A DNA stretch of 64,000 nt from Anaeramoeba ignava BMAN (lineage: Eukaryota > Protista > Anaeramoebae): positions 62,001-126,000 of the forward strand of contig JAPDFW010000109.1 in assembly GCA_028826165.1 (NCBI GenBank), read 5' to 3'. Below the pieces are notes generated by a model. The model saw nothing but the letters and a program-made list of their open reading frames with translations, was not told where the DNA came from and searched no databases. Position numbers and translations under genes: made by a program. Shown piece by piece: positions 12,301-25,900 of the stretch (its first letter is position 1; each line of letters starts with the position of its first letter).

Positions 12301-12791
12301 CTTCTAACTGTGATTGTATTTCCATTAAAATATCTTTTCGATGTTTCATAATGAGTAATATTCAATGAAGTATTTAAAAAAATTAAATGTAAAGCTGTTT
12401 CATTTTTAATTGTTTTTGAATTTATATCAATTCCTTTTGAAAGAATATATTTCACAATTTCAAATGAAGAATAATGACAAGCAAAATGTAATACTGTTTC
12501 ATTATTTTTTGTTTTTGAATAAATATCAACTCCTTTTTCAATTAAAAGTTTCATTAATTCTATCCAATTTTTTTCTAAAGTCAAATGTAAAGCATTTCTT
12601 CCTAAATTATCTGTTAAATTTGGATTTGCTTCTTTTTTTATTAAAAGTTGAATTAGAAATAGTTGAGGATTTTTAAGAATTGCATAATTTAAAATTGGTT
12701 GATTTTCTTTTGTTGAATTGAAATCTTTTAAACTTTTAATTTTTTTAATAAAAATTTCATCATTTTTGATAATTGCATCCCAAATATTCAT
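9340..12791 (-). CDS. Ankyrin-repeat + 2xBTB protein split by two +1 frameshifts (~11044, ~9773); assembly error or recent pseudogene
   Basis: Three overlapping ORFs (10989-12791, 9764-11092, 9340-9777) join into one protein colinear with 2576-6376; no in-frame nonsense decay. Confidence 0.85.
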
Positions 12792-13130
12792 TTTTCTTTT
12801 TTTAAAAAAAATTAAAAAAAATGAAAAAAATGAATTTAAAAGAAAAAAATAATTTTATTTTGGATTTTTTGGAAATGTTATTATTATTATTATTGTTATT
12901 TTTTTTTTTGAGATTATTTTGAGAAATGTTTAAAATAAAATTAATTGGGATAAAAAAAAATGATATTTTCTTCATTTCTTTTTTTTATCTTTTTTTTTCT
13001 TCTTCTTCTTTTCATCTTTTTCTAAATTTTGGTTTTGGACTGGTTGATTAGTAGATTCTCTACAAAAGCAAGAAAAAAGAAGAGAAGAAGAAATAAGGAA
13101 GAGAAAAAGAAGAGCAAAAAAGGGAATAAA

Positions 13131-16100
13131 TTACTCTGTATTATCAAAAAAATAAGGTAATTTTTTTTTATCATCTGCTGAGATTTGCCAATCAGGCGAA
13201 AATTTTTCACTAATTTTATATCTTTTGAGACAACCACGCATCAAGTCTTTGAGAAGGCTATAATTAGGCATGCTTTCATAATTCAAACCTTTGTTATTAT
13301 TAATGAAAATGAAAGAAATCAAAAAAGCAAAAAAAGAGAAGATCATCATTTCGTGAGAAAAAATGATCGTTTTTAAAAATAATCCAAATTAATAAATCGG
13401 GTTAAAACATAGATAATTAAAATCAGGATAAATCCACGAACTGTTTAAATGTTGTATAAATGAGGCAAACTCATGTGGGAGTGTAGCCACAAGTTTTTCT
13501 GAAGAATATTCTTTTTTTAATTCAATAATTTTTTCTTTTTCTTTAACATTTTTCCAAGGTAATTTTCGCGTTAAAAATTCAATTAAAGTAAATAATAAAG
13601 ACCATAAATCGTCTCTACGAGATTGTTCCTATAAATAATAAGGATAAATATTATGAATTAATTTTTAGAAATATATTAAAAAATTCCTGTTTTTCTTTTT
13701 TTTTTTTTTTTTTGAAATTTCAAACTTTTGAAAGATGTGCTTGAAGGGAAGCAAATTTTGTTGTTCCGCGAAAGCCAGCTCGTGAGCGAGGCTGTAAATT
13801 TTGTTTATTTATTTAATGATTAGTTTTTGATTTTTCTATTTTTCTATTTTTTTTTCTGTATTAACTCTTCGTGGTTTTTTGTCTTCATTTAAATGTCTTC
13901 TTGCAAGTCCATAATCGAATAAAACGCAATGTGGACATTTACTTTCTTTATGATTAGGTTTTCTTATTGCAAAATTTCCCTTTAAATTTATATATTTATA
14001 TTTTTATATTTATATTTATAATTATATTTATATTTATATTTATATATTTATATTTATATTTATATTTATATTTATTTTTATTTTTATATTTATATTTATA
14101 TTTATATTTATATTTATTATATATTTATATTTATATTTATATTTATATTTATATTTATATTTATATTTAGATTTATATTTATATTTAGATTTAGATTTAT
14201 ATTTATATTTATATTTATATTTATATTTATATTTATATTTATATTTATATTTATATTTATATTTATATTTATATTTATATTTATATTTATATTTATATTT
14301 ATATTTATATTTATATTTATATTTATATTTATATTTATATTTATATTTATATTTATATTTATATTTATATTTATATTTATATTTATATTTATATTTATAT
14401 TTATATTTATTTATATTTATATTTATATTTTATATATATTTTATTTTATATTTATAATTATATTTATATTTATATTTATATTTATATTTATATTTTATAT
14501 TTTTATTTTATATTTATATTTATAATTATATTTATATTTATATTTATATTTATATTTATATTTATATTTATATTTATATTTATATTTATATTTATATTTA
14601 TATTTATATTTATATTTATATTTATATTTATATTTATATTTATATTTTAAATATTTATTTACTGGTTGTATATCTCGATGAATAAATCCAGTTGCATGAA
14701 GATCTTCAATTGCTCCAACCATCTAATTTAATTTTTTTATTTTTTATTTTTTCTTTTAAAAAAAGTTCCTAAACATGAAACTAAAAGTTTTTATACATGA
14801 ATTGCTAAATTTAAAGTAGTTGGGAGTGAAAAAACACCATTAGGTTCATTCCTTCTTAAATTTGAGAAATTAGAACCAAGTAATTCCATAACAAGATAAT
14901 GAGAATCTGCAAGTTTTCCAAATTCAATATAATCAGGAGCATAAGGAGAATCTTAATAGAAAATATTCAATTTAATTTTAATTTTAATTTTAATTTTAAT
15001 TTTAATTTTGTAAATAAATTTAAATTTTATAAATTAATTTTAATTTTAATTTTAATTTTAATTTTAATTTTAATTTTAATTTTAATTTTAATTTTAATTT
15101 TAATTTTAATTTTATAAATGAATTTTAATTTAATTTTAATTTTAATTTTAATTTTAATTTTAATTTTAATTTTAATTTTAATTTTAATTTTAATTTTAAT
15201 TTTAATTTTATAAATGAATTTTAATTTTGATTTTATAAATGAATTTTAATTTTGATTTTATAAATGAATTTTAATTTTAATTTTTAATTTTAATTTTAAT
15301 TTTCAATTTGATTTTAATTTTATAAATGAATTTTAATTTTATAAATTAATTTTAATTTTAATTTTAATTTTAATTTTAATTTTATAAATGAATTTTAATT
15401 TTAATTTTATAAATGAATTTTAATTTTATAAATTAATTTAATTTTAATTTTAATTTTAATTTTAATTTTAATTTTAATTTTAATTTTAATTTTAATTTTA
15501 ATTTTAATTTTAATTTTAATTTTAATTTTGATTTTTAATTTTTAATTTTATAAATGAATTTTAATTTTATAAATGAATTTTAATTTTATAAATGAATTTT
15601 AATTTTAATTTAAATTTTAATTTTAATTTTATAAATTAATTTTAATTTTAATTTTATAAATAAATGAATTTTAATTTTATAAATGAATTTTAATTTTAAT
15701 TTTATAAATGAATTTAAATTTTATAAATGAATTTAAATTTTATAAATGAATTTTAATTTTGTAAATGAATTTTAATTTTATAAATTAATTTTAATTTTAA
15801 TTTTGATTTTATAAATGAATTTTAATTGAATTTTATAAATGAATTTTAATTTTATAAATGAATTTTAATTTTATAAATGAATTTAAATTTTAATTCCAAA
15901 TTTCTTGATTTGAATTTGGAATTTTAAATTTTGAATTAAATCTCACTTTTAAATCTTGCAAGAACTGTTTTTTCCATTTTTAATGCTTGTCTTTTATGCT
16001 TATTATTCTCTATTTTTACTGCTACTTTTCGATCTGAATGAAGATCTTGAGCTGCAAAAATTTCACCTTTTAATTTGTAATTGTTTTTAATATTTTTAAT

Positions 16101-16454
16101 TACAAATTATTATATTTTTTTTTAATTTTTTAATTTTTTAATTTTTAATTTTTGAAGTTTTTAAGTTTTTGTTCAATTTAAAATAAGTTAAATGATAATA
16201 AATTTTGTATCCAGTAACAATTTTGAATCAATTGTTTAGTTTTTTTTTAAAATTTTTTAAATATTTTTTTGATTAATTTTTGTCAAATTAAAATTTGTTT
16301 AAATTATTTCTGTTAAAAATTATTAAAAATAAAATAAAAAATAATAAAGAAAAAAGAAAAAAGAAAAAGGGATCTTAAAAGAAAACTTACCATATCCACC
16401 TTTACCAATTGATTTTACTAATTTCCAACGTTGATTTACAACAGAATTAATCAT
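13131..16454 (-). CDS. Tau-tubulin kinase / CK1-group kinase; exons 16454-16391, 16066-15947, 14951-14797, 14722-14663, 13979-13866, 13791-13726, 13628-13442, 13288-13131
   Basis: Spliced: RWKLVKSIGKGGYGEIF, VAVKIE, LKME, LVMELLGSN, FIHRDIQPGNF, LFDYGLARR, AGFRGTTKFAS, QSRRDDLWSL, KLPW; all GT-AG and in phase. Confidence 0.88.
13985..14655. repeat. Intronic (TATATT)n
   Basis: Direct repeat in kinase intron 13980-14662. Confidence 0.95.
14968..15895. repeat. Intronic (AATTTT)n interspersed with ATAAATGAATTTT
   Basis: Direct repeat in kinase intron 14952-15946. Confidence 0.95.
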
Positions 16455-16599
16455 AGATTATTGTTTTTTTTTTGTAAAAAATTTAAAAAAAAAAAAATGA
16501 AATTTTAAAAAAAAAAATTAAAAAAAAAGGAAAAAAAATAAAAAAAATAAAAATTACTAATTTTTTGAGAATAATGAATCATTTAATTGAAAATTTTAA

Positions 16600-18835
16600 T
16601 TTAAATAAAAAAAGTGGAATAAAAATCAACACTAATTTATAAAATAATTTTATAATTTATTTCTAATTAAAATAACTAAATAATTTTAAATAAAAAAGTG
16701 GAATAAAAATCAAAATAAATTTATAAAATAATTTAATAAATAAATTTATATAAAAAAATGGAACAAAAATCAAAATAAATTAATAAATAATTTAATAAAT
16801 AATTTTAAATAAAAAGTGGAATAAAAATCAACAACAATTTATAAAATAATCTATAAATAAATTTAAATAAAAAGTGGAATAAAAATCAACAACAATTTAT
16901 AAAATAAATTTATAATTTATTTTAATTAAAATAACTAAATAAATTTAAATAAAAAGTGGAATAAAAATAAAAATAAATTTATAAAATAAATTAATAAATA
17001 AATTTAAATAAAAAGTGGAATAAAAATCAACACTAATTTATAAAATAAATTTTATAATTTATTTCTAATTAAAATAACTAAATAATTTTAAATAAAAAGT
17101 GGAATAAAAATCAAAAAAATAAATTTTTTTATAAAATAAATTAATAAATAAATTTATAAATAATTTTAAATAAAAAGTGGAATAAAAATCAAAATAATTT
17201 ATAAAATAAATTTATAAATAATTTTAAATAAAAAAGTGGAATAAAAGTCAACAACAATTTATAAAATAAATTAATAAATAATTTTAAATAAAAATGGAAT
17301 AAAAATCAACTACAATTTATAAAATGAATTTAATAAATAAATTTAAAAGTGGAATAAAAATCAATATAAATTTATAAAATAATTTAATAAATAATTTTAA
17401 ATAAAAAAGTGGAATAAAAATAAATAAATTTATAAAATAAATTTATAATTTATTTCTAATTAAAATAACTAAATAATTTTAAATAAAAAAGTGGAATAAA
17501 AATCAATATAAATTTATAAAATAATTTTATAATTTATTTCTAATTAAAATAACTAAATAATTTTAAATAAAAAGTGGAATAAAAATCAAAATAAATTTAT
17601 AAAATAATTTATAAATAATTAATAAATAAAAAGTGGAATAAAAATCAACACTAATTTATAAAATAATTTTATAATTTATTTCTAATTAAAATAACTAAAT
17701 AATTTTAAATAAAAAAGTGGAATAAAAATAAAAATAAATTTATAAAATAATCTAATAAATAATTTTAAATAAAAAAGTGGAATAAAAATCAACAACAATT
17801 TATAAAATAAATTAATAATTTATTTCTAATTAAAATAACTAAATAAATTTAAATAAAAAAGTGGAATAAAAATCAAAATAAATTAATAAATAATTTATAA
17901 ATAAATTTAAATAAAAAGTGGAATAAAAATCAACAACAATTTTAAAATAAATTTATAATTTATTTCTAATTAAAATAACTAAATAAATTTAAATAAAAAG
18001 TGGAATAAAAATCAACATAAATTTATAAAATAATTTTATAATTTATTTCTAATTAAAAAAATAACTAAATAAATTTAAATAAAAAAGTGGAATAAAAATC
18101 AAAATAAATTTATAAAATAATTAATAAATAAATTTAAATAAAAAGTGGAATAAAAATCAAAATAAATTTATAAAATAATTTAATAAATAATTTTAAATAA
18201 AAAGTGGAATAAAAATCAAAATAAATTAATAAATAATTTCAAAATAAATTTAAATAAAAAGTGGAATAAAAATCAAAATAAATTTATAAAATAATTTTAT
18301 AATTTATTTCTAATTAAAATAACTAAATAATTTTAAATAAAAAAGTGGAATAAAAATCAAAATAAATTTATAAAATAATTTATAAATAATTTTAAATAAA
18401 AAGTGGAATAAAAATCAAAATAAATTTATAAAATAATTTTATAATTTATTTCTAATTAAAATAACTAAATAATTTTAAATAAAAAGTGGAATAAAAATCA
18501 AAATAAATTTATAAAAATAAATTTATAATTTATTCTAATTAAAAAACAAAAATAAATTTAAATAAAAATTTATAAATATAGTGGAATAAAAATCAATATA
18601 AATTTATAAAATAAATTAATAAATAAATTTAAATAAAAAAGTGGAATAAAAATAAAAATAAATTTATAAAATAAATTTATAAATAATTTTAAATAAAAAA
18701 GTGGAATAAAAATCAAAATAAATTAATAAATAAATTTATAAAATAATTTTAAATAAAAATCAAAATAAATTTATAAAATAATTTATAAATAAATTAATAA
18801 ATAATTTTAAATAAAAAAGTGGAATAAAAATAAAA
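16600..18835 (+). repeat. Intergenic minisatellite, about 32 units of ~55-85 bp with conserved core AAATAAAAAGTGGAATAAAAATCAA
   Basis: GTGGAA core counted by eye about 30 times plus two ATGGAA variants; two alternating unit types, with or without TTATTTCTAATTAAAATAACTAA. Confidence 0.93.
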
Positions 18836-18956
18836 ATAATAAATTAAAAAAATAATGAAGGATTTATTTCTCCTTTAAAAATTGAATAAAAAAAAAGAAA
18901 GAAGAAGGAACAAAAAACCGAAGAAAGAAAAGGGGGAAAAGAAAAGGAAAAGAAAA

Positions 18957-19617
18957 TCACATCAATAAGCAACCTTTATCAGATTTATCCGATTTTTTAT
19001 CCGATTTAGAAGAATCATCAGAAAGAGCAAGAACCGATTGATGAATCAAAGTATCGATGCCTTTATGAGAAACAGAAGAGCATTCGATATATTTAACAGC
19101 ATTCAAGTCATGGGCAATTTTGATACCTGCTTGAGGAGAAACAGGTTCCTGTTGAGAATAACTTAAATTTTGGATCACATCAGGATCTTTACGAAGATCC
19201 GCCTTCAATCCCACAAGAAAGACAACTAATTTAGAAGAAGATCTATCGACTTCCGGTTTCCATTTGGAAATTATGTTGGAAAGTGTTGATGGTTGTGTTA
19301 TTGAATAGCAAAGCCATATTATTTTGCATTTTGAATATATTTTGGGTCGTGTGTAATTGTAATCATATCCTCCTATTGTATCGTAAAATTGTACTTCTAG
19401 GCTTTGCCCTTTTTTTATACTGTAATTTATCGTGAATTCTGTCGTTGTTCGTGGTACATAACTTGGTTTGGCTTCTTCGTTTTTTATTGATTGTAATAAT
19501 TTTGACTTTTTATTTTTATTTTTTTAATTTATTTTTTTATTTTTTTTATTTTTTATTTTCAAGTTTTTTTACTTTTCCAACTTGTGAATCTCCAACTAAA
19601 GCTATTGTAATTTTCAT
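18957..19617 (-). CDS. Atypical Rho-family small GTPase; exons 19617-19573, 19505-18957
   Basis: IALVGDSQVGKS (G1), YVPRT (switch I), FYDTIGGYDY (G3), WKPEV, VGLKADLRKD plus Rho insert, YIECSS (G5), C-terminal CaaX CLLM. Confidence 0.88.
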
Positions 19618-19927
19618 TTTTATAAGAGAAAGAGAAAAAAAGAAAAAGAGAAAAATGAAAAAATGAAAAAATGAAAATCAAAAATTAAAATCAAAATTAA
19701 AATTAAAATTAAAATTAAAATAAATATAAATATAAATATCAAAATCAAAATCAATATAAATATCAATATAAATATAAATATAAATATAAATATAAATATA
19801 AATTAAAATAAATATAAATTAAAAATAAATATAAAAATCAAAATTCATTTATAAAATTAAAATTCATTTATAAAATTAAAATCATTATTAAAATTTATTT
19901 TATTTAATTTAATTTATTTAATGTATT

Positions 19928-22900
19928 TTATAAATTCTCATCAGTACTCATATTATCTAATTCATCCATAACATCCTCAAAACCTAACTCCTTAGAAATC
20001 TCATACTGCTCATTCCCATCCTCCAAATAATCCAAAAACCTATGCATATTATGATAAACAGCATCTTGGTCCTTATAGTTCTTAAACAAATCAGCAATTT
20101 TCTTAAACAAATAAAAATCAGGATGAAAAACTTGGAAATAATTAGTAAGAAAAACCCAAGAATCATTAACAACAACCTGATTGAACAAAGCGCCAGCCCA
20201 AGAATCGAGGTTTGACAAATCATAGTATTCAAGAATAATAAGACAATCAAAAAAGTTGTGGATCTTAAAGGATATCAAGTGGCGGATCTCATACGGCCTG
20301 TTTTCAAGTTGGATCACTTTGAGCCTGGGAACACGCATTTGGAGCCCAACTAAAGAAGCAAAACAGGCGCACTTTTGAGCAAGCACAAGACTTCCATCGG
20401 TCTCAAATGCATCCCCTGCATTAAACAAAGCCTGGCCTATCTCCTTCAATTCGTGGTTGTTTTCCTTAACAATCTTTGCATTTGTGAATTCATCCTCGCT
20501 CAATTTCATTCCGATTTCTTGAATTCGTCCTCGCGATTTATTCAGCAAATACTCTCCAAGCTCCCGCCACATATCGAAGCTGCAATAAAACACAATCAGC
20601 TTCTCTTCGTCGTTGGGATACTTTTTCTTCAGAAATTGCGAGATTGTTGAGCGCAATTTCGCCACTTGTTCGGGATTCGAGATCTCAAACAAAATCGCGT
20701 CGAATTTGTTTTTGGAAAATAATATCTCAAATAGTCTCTCAATCTCAAAGTACTCGTTGATTCCCAGTATGATTCGTGTTAATAAATTGTACTTCTCTTT
20801 TTCTATATATTTGCTGATTCTTTCGTTCATGATCTTGAATATTCTTAAACATCCTTCAACACTGAACGCTGTGTTGTATATCTGATAAGCGCTCACTAGG
20901 ATTTCAACCTCCGTTTCAAACGTGTGCTCATTTGAAAACAAGATGTCCAGTAGTCTGTCTGCAAACGCATGAGGCGCGTTTGTCAGATTCACGAAATTGA
21001 GAACATCCTCTTGATTTGAAATCATCGAAATGATTCCTGTCAATATTTTCTCATTCGGAATTTCCTTCTGCAAATCCGCATTCCTATTCGGAGAGCTTTT
21101 CTGTCTGTGTTCTTGCACCTCTCCTTTTGCTTGTTTTGTGTCCATATCAAATATTCGCGGAACTCGCTTGAATTCCACTTTTTGTTGGAACTTAAAAACA
21201 ATTGCTTTATAATATTTGTTAGCAAATAATTTCACAATTTTTTCGCGATCGAGAATATTATTTGAAATGAACCGTTTGATGATCGCAAACTTTTCTTTGC
21301 CTTGCGAAAACAACAAAAGAAGTGTTTGATTCGGTTTTTTTTCAATTTCTTTGTATTCGCGATGAATCTCGTTTGATACAATGTAATTGGTTACAATTTG
21401 CTGACAGAAATCCTGCGCGTATTTAACACTCTGCAACAACAGCTCCATAATTTCAACCAATGAAACACGGGCGAAGTTGATTGAAGGCGACGAAGTCTTG
21501 AGTATATTTATAATATTATGCACGGAATTGCTTAATTTGGATGAATTCAACACTTCTTTCACTGTTGAACTCTTGTCGCAATTGGCAATAAATAAACACG
21601 CCTGAATAATATACAAATCAAACGAGTTGTAATTGAATTCCTGGCAAATTTTATCCACTTCGTCGATTTTTCTTTTGTTTAAAAGATGGCCAATCATCAC
21701 ATCAAGTGATTCGCAATCCTGGATTGTTAGCTTGATTTTAGAAAGACTCTCGTATTTTGGAATTGATTCACCTTCCTGATTTTGGTTTGTTGTGTTTCTT
21801 CGGTGATTCTCAAATTCCTTTTGATAATTCCGCAAATGGCTGATGTTTTTGGGTATGAAAAATATACATTCTCTTCGGATACTCTCAAACTGTGCTGATG
21901 GATGGGGAATTGTCTTGAACAGAAACTCGGGTGTTCGTGGGAAATGGATCTCGTTCAATATCGAGATGATCCAAATTCTCAAATTCAGATCGTGAATGAA
22001 ATCATCCATTTTCATTCTTGAGGTTGAATATTGATTGAATTTCATAATCAGATCATCTTCTTGTTTGTGATTGTATTTTTGGTGCTTATTTTTCTTGCTC
22101 GTTTGGGTTGGTTTCTGTTCCTTCTCTTTCTCCTCAATTCTTGTTTGCATTTCCCCAGAAAACCACATCAAAGAATATTTCAAAAGAGTCAGTTGATCTT
22201 TCAATGTGAATTCATCTTGGAACTGGAAAATCTGCGAGAGGAAAAAATCCCCGCAAAGTTGGGAATCATTCGAATATTTACGAAGTAACTTGTTGCATTT
22301 CTGCCACAAGATTTCCCGTTCCTTCTTCACTTTCCACATCCGATGTTCTCGATATTTCTCAATCAATTTATAAACTTCAAGAAGCGCAATTTGGAAAATG
22401 GAAAAATTAGTGATCGCTGCAAATTGTCGCGCTTCTGTGAATTTATCATGAAATATTAAAATACACAAGTTTTCATAGTCGCTTTTCAGGACATTCAATC
22501 CCGAAACCTCATTTTCAACCTTTTCAAACACTTGATCAATATGATAAAATTTACTAAATTCATGACTAAATCCTACATTATTTGCAATTTCTAATATTTT
22601 CCTTGTTGTGAACGTGTCCCGTTTTTCAATCAAGTGACTAATTAAATCGCTTGCTGTCTGATAAATCCATTGGATATTCATAAACATACTAATTTCATTC
22701 GCATCTTTCCGCGCAGAACCATTGAAAACCGGAATCGTCTTCTTTTTGGAAAACAGTTCCCTTGATTCCGCACTTTGATACTCCTTCACAAAATACACTA
22801 AATGCTTTTCTGCACTTGAAAATCTGTTTTGATTCACGCAATGAACAAAAAGCAAAAAGGGAAGGAGCAAGTTTTGAGGATCAAACAGTCTCAAGGCCTG

Positions 22901-25900
22901 AATAAGCGCAAATAACTTGTTCGAATTTGTCAGGATGATAACGATTTTATGTAAATCATCAAGTGTCCATTTGAAAATATTATTATTTGAATCCCTAATA
23001 GCAAAAATTCCATAATCCACAATTTTGGACATTTTATATCCAAAATCCGCAAATAGTTCATTTTGGCAAATTGAAAACAAATAAGACATCAAACAATCAA
23101 CTTTGCTGTTATTGGGGAAGCATGACATGGCCAGAGATAGAATAGGCTGCTTTGTGACAATAGAATTTTGCATCAAGTACGTTGTTGTTGGATTCTGAGA
23201 AAATCTCAATATTTTATGCATGATCTTTTTAGGCGAAATTTTCGTGTTTCTTTTGCTGTCATTCCCCTTTTTACTCGAAATGTTTTCTGTTGTTGTCTGG
23301 AATTTACTTCGTCGTTTTTCCTTCAAATACGCTTCGTTTTCGGGATTTTGGCTTAATAGTAAATTCACAACTATCAACAAATGCGATTTGATGTCTTCTC
23401 TTTCCACAAATTTCTTGATAATCTGCTTCAACCGTTTTAATGGGAATTGTTGGATTTCTGCTGAATATAAAAACTTCATCCAATTACAACTTTTCGCAAT
23501 TCGGAATAAATTATTTTCATACAATTCAATCCCATTCAATTCCGTGAACAATGAAACCAATTTCCACGGCTCGTCATCGTAAAATCGGTCCAGCTCCTTT
23601 AAATCCAAAACGGCTCTTTTTTGTTTTTCATTTGAGAAAAACTCTGTTGCCTTAATCAGCATTTCCTCAATTCTTATAATTTCATTTTGCGGTAGTTTTT
23701 GGGTAATCAACGATTTAAACATGGAAAGTATTTTCTGATGTGATTGATGGATCGTGTTTGTAGTCATCAAATAATTCTGTTTGAATTCGGATAATTTCTG
23801 GTTCGCAAATAAAAATGGATTCTTCTCGTTTCCAACAAAAATATCATCTTTTTTCATAGTGGAATATAAAAGTATTCTTTTCGAAGCAGAAATGTTGATG
23901 CAAAATTCATTTGTTGGGAGTGAATTCATCTCCAAAATAGAATAACAAGCGCCAACAATAAAATTATTAAACAAATTCTGAAGCGCAACTAACGTTATCA
24001 TTTGCACTAAATTTTGTTGCTCGTTTTGATTGAACGCTTTCTTCTTCAAAGAAGGCGTAGTTTTGATAAGTTGTGAATATGCCTGAATAGAATTCCCCTT
24101 GATTAAATAAAACAATGAGTCCAATTCCTCGTGATGAATATCATCTCCAAAACTGTTATTGTCGAAATTGATGAAACTTTCTTGATTGTCGCATATAATT
24201 TTAATCTTGATTGGTGTGGATTGATCAACAATAGAAAGTAGAGAGCAATCTTTTCGAATAGAAAACAGGTTTTTATTACCGTTTCTAACTTTGTATCGGC
24301 TTTTTTCTTGATTTCGATTTTGTATGTTTCGGATAAAAGACATTGTATTCAAAAACGAATAAAATTTCGGACTTAAATTTTGCACTTGCTTGGAAATCAC
24401 TTCGAAATTCAAACACAATATTTCTTTCGGCGATAAAACAAAACTTGAAACCAAATTTGTCTCCGAATTCATCACAATACTGAGCGCTAAAACAGCCTTG
24501 TTTTCAAGAATAATCCGGTTGATATTCACATCACTAATATTCATCCCCAAATATTTGGCTACACTTAAAAACGTGATATCTTGGATATTTTTGAAATTTG
24601 GATCAAAAGAATGTTTCTCAAATAAAATGAACTGATTGACCCACACTTTGTTGTTTTGGGAACTGTTTAAATTCTCAGGAACCAATTTCAGCTCAAAATG
24701 ATTCAAGTAATGGATCATAATGTTCGAAAGATTATTCTGTGAGCAAATATTAATGAACCAATTATGGAATTGCGACATATTTTGCGATGGAATAATTTTT
24801 TCGAAAATCTCTTCGCTTTTTTTGGAAAGATGCTTGTATTTTGAAATGAAATCTGGTTTATCTGTTGAATATAAGTAAAAAAGATTTTCTGTTTGGCAAA
24901 GTTTTAATAATAAATTCGAGAATTTTCTCTCATCAATTCCAAAATAAATCCCGAATTTGCCGAACATTTTCGAAATTCGTTCTTGAAGTGATTTTGGACA
25001 TAAACTTAGAATATTTGAAATTTGGTTCCATTTAAATCCCCAGCTTTTTGGGTATTGGTGAGAAAGTGTGAGGAATTGATTGATAGTGCTCTCGATTTCC
25101 TGGATATTGTGATGAGCAACAAAATATCTCAATCGCGTATACAAATTTATATTGAGCTCTTTTATTGATTGTTCGCTTTTCTTCATAATCATCATTTTTT
25201 CATGATGAAATTTTTCCAAAATCAGTCTCTGTTTCGTCGATAAATTCCAATTTAATATCCAATGAAATCTCGACACAAAATACCCAAATGCACTTCTTTT
25301 ATCGGAAACTTTTTGATGATCAGGATCTTGAATAACAACATCTTGATTAATTTCTGAATAATTTTTCTTGAATATCCGCAAAATTTCATTTTGATTCTCA
25401 TTTTCATCAATTTCCACATTTTCGTGTAAATCATGGAAATAATTTTGAAGAGAAAACGCAATATTTTGCAGATATTCATTTCGATTAAAATCCCACTCGT
25501 TTTTGAATTGCCTTGTTTTGGTCCAAATGAATTGTTTTTGCTCCATTGCCTGAAATAAATTTGTGGTGTCATTTTGGGCATTTGCCAATTTATGGATTTG
25601 GATCTGAGAGTTGTATTCAGTTGAAGGATATATTTGGTGGATATAATCAATAAACTGAATATTCTTTTTTTCAGATTCGCTGAATTTGGAATTGACAAGT
25701 AGGAAATTTGTTAATAAAATTGCCATTTCTCTTCTGGTTGTATAAAGTGCCAAATTCTTAAATATTTTGAAATGATCTTCCCCGATATTTTCCAGTAGTT
25801 TGATAGCCATTTCCAAATTCTGCTGAGAAATGGACAAATAAACAAATTTAAAGCATAAGGTTTTGATGAAATCAATGATATCGTCTTGATTATTAATAAT

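Noticed and set aside
16600-18835. CRISPR array (conserved repeat with variable spacers)
   Set aside because: Spacers are related A/T modules rather than unique sequences; no cas genes; eukaryotic intron-containing context
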